Shown here in pieces: positions 8,891 through 15,187 of a DNA stretch of 55,181 bases (the first letter of the stretch is position 1; the number at the start of each line of letters is the position of its first letter). Both the position numbers and the translations under genes were made by a program. Location: contig CAZUST010000002.1 of NCBI GenBank assembly GCA_964623335.1, positions 12,867 to 68,047 of the forward strand, in the 5' to 3' direction. The DNA comes from an uncultured Candidatus Saccharibacteria bacterium. Lineage in GTDB: Bacteria; Patescibacteriota; Minisyncoccia; Minisyncoccales; UBA5738. The notes beneath the pieces are model-generated. The model worked only from the letters and a program-made list of their open reading frames with translations. It was not told the origin of the DNA and did no database searches.

Positions 8891-9083
8891 TAGACCTACT
8901 GCGTAAATATTTACGCGACGAAATTTTCAGATTTCGCGCGAGGGAAATAAGGAAGGTCTGCTCGCAGTCTCGTTTCGCAAAAACGAGGGAGGCATACTTG
9001 ACTTAAAGTCTGCCGACGACTGACGAATTTTCCGTAGCCGAAATATGGAAATTGCAGTAGGAAATATTTACGCAGTAGGTCTA
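8891..9083. repeat. 193-bp element bounded by perfect 22-bp terminal inverted repeats (MITE-like or structured RNA)
   Basis: tagacctactgcgtaaatattt (8891-8912) is the exact reverse complement of 9062-9083. Internal hairpins at 8915-8939 and 8969-8987. No ORF inside. Confidence 0.8.
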
Positions 9084-9098
9084 ATATTTAAAATATAT

Positions 9099-10130
9099 TT
9101 AAAATATCTCGGCTTGGTATTGCACTTCCTTGATCGTTCTTCCGACAATCGGTATCATCGCCATGTCAATATCCTTTAAAACTTCGGGCAGTTTGAACGC
9201 CTTGGTAACCTCATTGAACACCCGGTCCACATTGCGCGGCGCGCGGCCGGCCAAAACCAGCCCCGTAAACGCCACGAGTTTGTTTGATCTCTGGATAAAC
9301 TCCGCTTCGCCGATTACCACCAGCTTGCCAATTACCGGCTCCAGCTTGGCCGCGATCTCCGCGTCCGACGACAAATATTTCTGCCCCAGATAACATTCCT
9401 TTTTTAGCGCCTTTAAAATATTGCCGGTCGCGTTGGCCGCCCCCATTTTTTCCATTGCCAGATCAATCACCAAATCCGCGTCAAGCGCCGGTTTGGAAAC
9501 TTCAAATTGCCCGATGGTTTCAAACTCGCCCGTAGCAAGATCAAGCGGCATGATCCCGAATTTCATACAAGCCTCAACCAGTCCCGCCTTCATTGCCGCG
9601 GCTCCGGCCGGTATTTCGTCAAAACTTTGCGTCCCTACCGTAATATTTTCCTTCTTTACCCCGCAATCCAGCAACAACTGAAGCAACGCCGCTAAAAATT
9701 CCGGCGAAGTATTATCGCGGAAATATGAATGGGTCGGTTTGGTGATCGTCGGCAGCACCGCCACTTTTGAATCCGCGCCGATATTAATACCGCCGATCAG
9801 GCTCAACGCCTTCTCAATCGCTTCTCGGGGTTCATACTTGACCCGCCAGATCGCCACCGCGTTCTTATTGGAGTCGGTTTCGACCGTAAATTCATCCCCG
9901 GCTTTATATTCCTTTTCCGATTTATATCCCCACATATTGCCCGCCTCATCTTCGAGTAGTAGGACATTATAGGGAACATCGGGATGAAAAAGCGTCGGGA
10001 TCGCCACTTTGACCGCGCCGCGCACTGTAACTTTTTTCCCGCCAATCTTATCCAAGGGCATCAGGCAATACGGACATTCGGCAATCGGATATTGCCACCG
10101 CCGTTTGCATTTTTGGCATTCATAAAACAT
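9099..10130 (-). CDS. Fusion of a DUF35-like zinc-ribbon/OB-fold domain with a DUF362 domain
   Basis: N-terminus CQKC..CPYC zinc ribbon followed by an OB-like segment (PYNVLLLEDEAGN), as in thiolase-associated DUF35 proteins. C-terminus fits the DUF362 pattern by eye (VAVLPTITKP..TSPEFLAALLQLLLDCGVKKENITVG ... LVVIGEAEF). Confidence 0.6.
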   Translation of the reverse strand: MFYECQKCKRRWQYPIAECPYCLMPLDKIGGKKVTVRGAVKVAIPTLFHPDVPYNVLLLEDEAGNMWGYKSEKEYKAGDEFTVETDSNKNAVAIWRVKYEPREAIEKALSLIGGINIGADSKVAVLPTITKPTHSYFRDNTSPEFLAALLQLLLDCGVKKENITVGTQSFDEIPAGAAAMKAGLVEACMKFGIMPLDLATGEFETIGQFEVSKPALDADLVIDLAMEKMGAANATGNILKALKKECYLGQKYLSSDAEIAAKLEPVIGKLVVIGEAEFIQRSNKLVAFTGLVLAGRAPRNVDRVFNEVTKAFKLPEVLKDIDMAMIPIVGRTIKEVQYQAEIF

Positions 10131-10311
10131 AATCTTGTGGTAAAATAAAATGGTTAAACTTCAAGCATCAAGCGCCAAATCACAAAGTAAATTCTAATAT
10201 TCGAAACTTAAATTTTAAATATCAAGATTTAAATATTATTTGGAACTTGCCCGCCGAAAACGGACGCGTCCCCGGCGCAGAATTTGGTTCTTGTAATTTA
10301 TTGTTTAGTAT

Positions 10312-10809
10312 ATGCCAAAAACCTATATTTTGCCAGAGAAAAACCGCCTGCAAATGCAAAAAGTCTGGGGCAAAGCGCTTTTCGGCTCGGAAAATGAAAT
10401 AAAACGAAAATACGCGCAAACTCTGGCCTGGAAAAAATACAAAACCGTGATCACCGTGGGTGATTATTGTTCGTATCACCTGCAATCCGATATTAAAATT
10501 TTTGACAAAAAAGTCCAGCGCCGCGACTTTAGTCAAAAGCACGCCTGCTCCATGAACGTTAAAAACCCGGCCGGCACCATCCAAAAAGAAAGCTGGAATG
10601 CCATGCGCGAAGCGATCAAAAAAACCGCCAATCTTTGCATTGACGGCGAGGAAGACCTGTTGGTGATCCCGGCGGTAATTCTGGCAAAACCCAAAACCCT
10701 GGTGGTCTACGGCTTTCCCAACAAGGGCATCTGCCTTTTGGAAGCCAACCTGAAAAACAAAACCATCTTTCGCCTCGTCCTTAAAAAATACTTCACTTCC
10801 GCTAATTGA
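10312..10809 (+). CDS. DUF359-family protein (archaeal GTP-dependent dephospho-CoA kinase-like)
   Basis: 165 aa with ITVGD and DGEEDLLVIPAVILA..VVYGFPNKG motifs characteristic of the DUF359/TK1697 family. The antisense ORF 10222-10830 was rejected. Confidence 0.65.
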   Translation: MPKTYILPEKNRLQMQKVWGKALFGSENEIKRKYAQTLAWKKYKTVITVGDYCSYHLQSDIKIFDKKVQRRDFSQKHACSMNVKNPAGTIQKESWNAMREAIKKTANLCIDGEEDLLVIPAVILAKPKTLVVYGFPNKGICLLEANLKNKTIFRLVLKKYFTSAN

Positions 10810-10899
10810 CGGAAAAAATAAATCTGGCAAACAGCTTTAATCGTCCTTTCAAAAATTAACGCGCCCGGAACAAATTACATAGGCGAAATCTATATAATT

Positions 10900-12042
10900 T
10901 TAATCTTTTTTGAATATATGCACCGTCGCGCTGCCGCCGGCACCGCCGATGTTATGCGTTAAACCGATTTTGGCGTTTTTAACTTGCCTTTCCCCGCAAT
11001 TACCGCGTAACTGATTGGTAATTTCATAGATCTGCGCCAAACCCGTTGCCGAGATCGGATGACCCTTGGCCTTCAAACCTCCTGACGGATTTATCGGCAT
11101 TTCACCGTCCAAATTGATTTTACCCGAACGGATCAACTCGCCCCCCTTACCCGGATCGGCAAATCCCAAATCTTCGTATGACAACAGCTCCACCGAAGTG
11201 AATGCGTCGTGAATCTCGGCCACATTGATATCTTTGGGCAATAACCCCGCCATCGTAAACGCTTTTTCCGCCGCCAACTGCGTCGCTTTGAAATGCGTCT
11301 TATCTTTCCTTTCGAAAGTCAGAATATAATCCGTGGCAAAACCCGAGCCAACCGTCTCAATCTCCGCTTCTTCCTTGGAAACGATTACTGCCGCGCCGCC
11401 GTTCACCGACAGCGAACAATCCATCAGCGTCAACGGTTCGGCCACCATTGGTGAACTTTTGATTTTTTCCATTTCCACCGGCCGCTTGTAATAATAAGCT
11501 TTGGGATTTAACGCCGCATTTTGGTGATTTTTGAACGCGATCAATTCCAAATCTTCATGCTTGCCGCCGTATTTGGCGCAGTACTGCTGAAAAACCAGCG
11601 CGTTCTGCACCGGAAAAAGCAAACCTTCCGGCTGTTCCACCACTCGCTCCGCCGCTGATAATATCCAGTCGGTAACCACCTCGGCGCGGCTCTCCACCAG
11701 TTTTTCGCCGGTCAAAACTAAAATATTTTTAAACTCGCTGTCGCGCAAAAGCCGCAACGCCGCCCAAAACGCCACGCCGCCGCCGCCGCAAACCGACGGC
11801 GTCTCAATAATGGGGACGTTGGTCTTGAATAACCCTGACAACAGCGATACCTTATGAGTCTGGTGCTCCCCCCCGGCCGCCGAAGATACGCCGGAAAAAA
11901 CAATTGCGTCGATCCCGGAAAAATCCATCTTGGCATCCTTAAGCGCGTCCAGCGCCGCCTCATAAGCGTAACCCCACCACGGTTTTTGGGTATAATCGAA
12001 ACGAGTCATTCCCACGCCCTTGATATACATTTTTGGTTCCAT
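10900..12042 (-). CDS. Thiolase-superfamily protein, archaeal/SCP-x-like acetyl-CoA acetyltransferase type
   Basis: Catalytic-Cys region ETPSVCGGGGVAF and C-terminal NPSGGLKAKGHPISATGL ... HNIGGAG blocks. A second in-frame ATG at 12030 (MYIKGVG) is an alternative start. Confidence 0.8.
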   Translation of the reverse strand: MEPKMYIKGVGMTRFDYTQKPWWGYAYEAALDALKDAKMDFSGIDAIVFSGVSSAAGGEHQTHKVSLLSGLFKTNVPIIETPSVCGGGGVAFWAALRLLRDSEFKNILVLTGEKLVESRAEVVTDWILSAAERVVEQPEGLLFPVQNALVFQQYCAKYGGKHEDLELIAFKNHQNAALNPKAYYYKRPVEMEKIKSSPMVAEPLTLMDCSLSVNGGAAVIVSKEEAEIETVGSGFATDYILTFERKDKTHFKATQLAAEKAFTMAGLLPKDINVAEIHDAFTSVELLSYEDLGFADPGKGGELIRSGKINLDGEMPINPSGGLKAKGHPISATGLAQIYEITNQLRGNCGERQVKNAKIGLTHNIGGAGGSATVHIFKKD

Positions 12043-12477
12043 AAATATATTTTAATACAAAAAAATCAAAATCTGGTAGCGCCCGAATATTCTATATCAA
12101 GCAAACACCAAAAGTAAAGGAAAATTATGGCGGCTCCCGGGAAGCCGCCCTCTCATCCGGCAACGCGCGGCGCGATTGCTATTATATTGAAACGAATATC
12201 ACTTATTTACGCCGCGAAAATCCGCATCCCCGCCCATCGCGTACGCACTGCGCAAGTATCCGGCGGTAAATTATCGGCGGTTTTCAAATAAAATTTCCTT
12301 CCTCCGTAACCTCCGCGTAAAGAGCGTTCACGCCACCCGTAGCCAATGCGCGGCCATGCCGCACTTCTGCCAATTATATTAGCGATATCTTAAATGATTG
12401 CAAATGATTGTAAGACGCACACACGAGGTTGCGTTCATCCGTTTTTTATGGTACCGTTTAACCGTTGATCTTCATTG

Positions 12478-12550
12478 GCCCTCGTAGTTTAATGGATAAA
12501 ATGCGAGGTTGCGGACCTTGCGACTACAGGTCCGATTCCTGTCGAGGGCA
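12478..12550 (+). tRNA. tRNA-Arg (anticodon GCG), manual fold, atypical T-loop
   Basis: Cloverleaf: acceptor GCCCTCG/CGAGGGC, anticodon stem CGAGG/CCTTG, loop TTGCGGA, T-arm ACAGG-TCCGATT-CCTGT (C instead of U at position 55), discriminator A. No encoded CCA. Confidence 0.65.
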
Positions 12551-12596
12551 CAACAATCAGAAAGTCGGGGGGAACCCCGACTTTCTGATTGTTGTG
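12549..12596 (+). repeat. Perfect 22-bp inverted repeat (hairpin, GGAA loop) abutting the tRNA-Arg 3' end
   Basis: cacaacaatcagaaagtcgggg (12549-12570) / ccccgactttctgattgttgtg (12575-12596). No clear U-tract after it. Confidence 0.85.
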
Positions 12597-12699
12597 AATC
12601 TTTATGACCCTGCTCGAACCTACTTTACCCAAAATTGCTCTTGGGACAGGCTAACTATTATAGAGGCAAGTTATGTCCCCGCGGCCGCGCCGCCGGCCC

Positions 12700-12936
12700 G
12701 GAATTGAGGCATTTACCATACATTCCCGCCTGCCAGCAAGCAAATAGTTGCAAAGTGGGAGGAAAATAAACTACCGCGCGGCCAAGGCGGCGCGGTAGTT
12801 TGATTCCCCGCTAGGTATTTTGGCGGGTAAATAAACTGCCGCGCGGCCAAGGCGGCGCGGTATTCCCGCGGAAAAGTTTGATTCCCTGCCATTCATTCCC
12901 GAAGCAGAGTCCCGAGGTGTTTTGGCGGGTAAATAA
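12700..12936. repeat. Family-A mosaic palindromic repeat locus (two core hairpins, reverse orientation)
   Basis: aaataaactaccgcgcggccaaggcggcgcggtagtttgattccccgc (12766-12813), a second core at 12830-12890, and the attcattcccgaagcagagtcccgaggtgttttggcgggtaaat module. Confidence 0.85.
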
Positions 12937-13223
12937 AATAAAAGGCCGCTTGAAAATCCAAAAGCGGATTAAATGATATTTTTATGAGTTTGACTGTTGT
13001 TGCCGGACGGAAAAAAGAAGCCTAGCGAAATCGAAAACGACGAATTGATGTATTCGCTCGAAAAGAAGACTGTGCGGTCGGTGCCGATTATTGCTCGATC
13101 CGCGGCTAAATTCAGCATTAAATTAATCGCTCAAAAAGCGATTTTTTGGTATTATAACAAAACATCGCTGACGCAATTGCGATTTTTAATCGAATTTATG
13201 TTTTTATAGGGTAAATTTTTACA

Positions 13224-13778
13224 ATGAAAAATAAATCTCTCAAAATTTTATTCATTTTTAACGGTATTTTTGTTTTCGCGAGCAATCTGCTGGGTCCGCT
13301 TTACGCCGTATACGTGGGAATGCTGAATAAAAATCTTTTTGCCATCAGTGCGACTTGGGCGGTTGGCCTTTTGGCAACCAGCATTTTCACTTTCGCGGTT
13401 TCAAAAAAGGGAGATCTTCTAAAAGAAAAAGAATACTTGCTCCTGGCTGGATTTTTAATAAGGGCAATTGCCTGGTTTTTGTATATTGGCATCGGGAATA
13501 TTTTTCAGCTGGTTCTGCTGCAAATATTGTTAGGGCTGGGCGAGGCCGCTGGATCGCCGGCCTTCAATGCGATTTTTGCCGAACATTTGGATTTTGGAAA
13601 ACAAATCAAAGAATATTCTCAATGGATGGTATTCAGCAATTTATTAACTGCGGCGGGTACGGTCGCCGGCGGTTTTGTGGCTTCAATGTTCGGATTCCAT
13701 TGGCTTTTTATCTGTATGGGAACCTTGGCGCTGGTTTCTTTTTTCGGCATCCTCGTCCAACCCAGAAAACTGCTTTGA
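13224..13778 (+). CDS. Six-TM membrane protein, MFS-like half-transporter
   Basis: 184-aa strongly hydrophobic ORF with about six predicted helices by eye. No catalytic motif recognised. Confidence 0.5.
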   Translation: MKNKSLKILFIFNGIFVFASNLLGPLYAVYVGMLNKNLFAISATWAVGLLATSIFTFAVSKKGDLLKEKEYLLLAGFLIRAIAWFLYIGIGNIFQLVLLQILLGLGEAAGSPAFNAIFAEHLDFGKQIKEYSQWMVFSNLLTAAGTVAGGFVASMFGFHWLFICMGTLALVSFFGILVQPRKLL

Positions 13779-13901
13779 CTTCTTTGCCAAAAGCACCATT
13801 TGTCATTGGCGTCCAGCACATTTTTTTGAAAGGAATAAGAGGGTTAAAACTATTGCCGGAATACTAAAAAAATGTTACAGTCAATTCCTTGATAAAACAA
13901 A

Positions 13902-14813
13902 ATGTACAAACACGTTTTTACAATTTTTACTCCCTCGTATAATCGCGAACTGACGTTAAGGCGTTGTTATGATTCTTTGGTCCGCCAAACATTTAAAAAC
14001 TTCGAATGGCTTATCGTTGATGACGGATCGACGGATGGAACCGAATCGCTCGTCCAATCGTTGATTTCGGAAAATGTGATTGATATCAAATATTTCAAGC
14101 AAACGAATAGCGGCAAGCATATTGCGATAAACAAAGGGGCGTCGCTTGCCGACGGAGAATTTTTCTTGATACTCGATTCCGACGATATGCTTACGCCAGA
14201 CTGTCTTGAAACTTTAATAAAATACTATGACGGGATTGCCGACGCGGAAAAACCGCGTTTTACGGGCGTGGAAGGCTCAACTTGTTCTTTTAAAAGAAAA
14301 CTTATCGGTACCGCTTTTCCGGCTGCGGACGGCAAGAAATTTTTCGATTCTAACTACTTGGAAATTCGGTTGAAATATAAAGTTAAAGGCGATAAACACG
14401 GTTTCGTGAAAACGGATATTATAAAAGAATTTCCTTTTCCGATATTTGGCCGGGAAAAATTTTTGACAGAACAGATAGTTTGGAACCAGATAGCATTGAA
14501 ATACTCGACCCGGTTTATCAACGAATCGATTTACCAAGCTGAATACAGAAAAGACGGGTTGACCAGAAACTGGGCAAAGCTTCGCATGCAAAACCCTATA
14601 GGGACTATAAATTATTGTCGTCAATTTCTCCAATTGCCCATAAATCTTCCCTTTTTTGAAATGACGACTAAATATGCCAATTTGGTGCGTTTTTCGATTC
14701 ATGCCAAAAAAACAGATTTTTTTCCGAAAACAAGCAAGTCTAAGCTGTTGCTGGCGTTTGTCGCGTTGCCCGTCGGATTTATTTTGTACGCGAAAGATAA
14801 ATTATTGACGTAA
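13902..14813 (+). CDS. Family 2 glycosyltransferase
   Basis: N-terminus FTIFTPSYNRELTLRRCYDSLVRQTFKNFEWLIVDDGSTDGT and LILDSDDML (DxD), typical of GT2. Confidence 0.85.
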   Translation: MYKHVFTIFTPSYNRELTLRRCYDSLVRQTFKNFEWLIVDDGSTDGTESLVQSLISENVIDIKYFKQTNSGKHIAINKGASLADGEFFLILDSDDMLTPDCLETLIKYYDGIADAEKPRFTGVEGSTCSFKRKLIGTAFPAADGKKFFDSNYLEIRLKYKVKGDKHGFVKTDIIKEFPFPIFGREKFLTEQIVWNQIALKYSTRFINESIYQAEYRKDGLTRNWAKLRMQNPIGTINYCRQFLQLPINLPFFEMTTKYANLVRFSIHAKKTDFFPKTSKSKLLLAFVALPVGFILYAKDKLLT

Positions 14814-14857
14814 AATCATAGGCCAAACGCAAAAATATTCTCTAAGAAGGTTTTTAC

Positions 14858-14968
14858 GAATAAACTATCGCGCCGCCCAAGGCGCCCCGGTAGTTTGATT
14901 CCCCGCCAGGTATTTTGGCGGGTAAATAAACTACCGCGCGCCCAAGGCGCCCCGGTATTCCTGAGGTA
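14858..14968. repeat. Family-A mosaic palindromic repeat locus (two core hairpins, reverse orientation)
   Basis: taaactatcgcgccgcccaaggcgccccggtagtttgattccccgcc followed by aggtattttggcgggtaaataaactaccgcgcgcccaaggcgccccggtattcc. Confidence 0.85.
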
Positions 14969-15187
14969 AAGATGCGAGCATGGTATGAATATTATTTGTG
15001 AAAACCTCCTTATTATTAAAAAATATGATCAAGCTGGCACTGATTGATGAGAAAAAGTTGACGCTTTAACCCGCAGGAATATGCGCGCACCGGAGGTTTT
15101 AAAAAAACGGACATTGCTTGACGGTTTTATTTTTCCGTGTGCCGGACGATGTCAAGTGCTTGTTGGAAAGGAGTATAGCTACATAAA

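Noticed and set aside
10222-10830. 202-aa minus-strand ORF overlapping the DUF359 gene.
   Set aside because: The plus-strand frame carries the specific ITVGD and DGEEDLL..P..YG motifs. The minus-strand translation is Phe/Gly-rich with no motif and no plausible RBS.
12465-12707. 80-aa ORF at 12465-12707, and similarly the 106-aa ORF at 23219-23539.
   Set aside because: They run straight through tRNA-Arg plus its 22-bp hairpin, and through tRNA-Ser, respectively. These are chance frames.
12997-13209. 70-aa ORF between the family-A locus and the MFS-like gene.
   Set aside because: It has a non-ATG start without an RBS, an AT-rich low-complexity product, and two hairpin or terminator-like structures (aatcgct..agcgatt) inside it. 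It is more likely non-coding.
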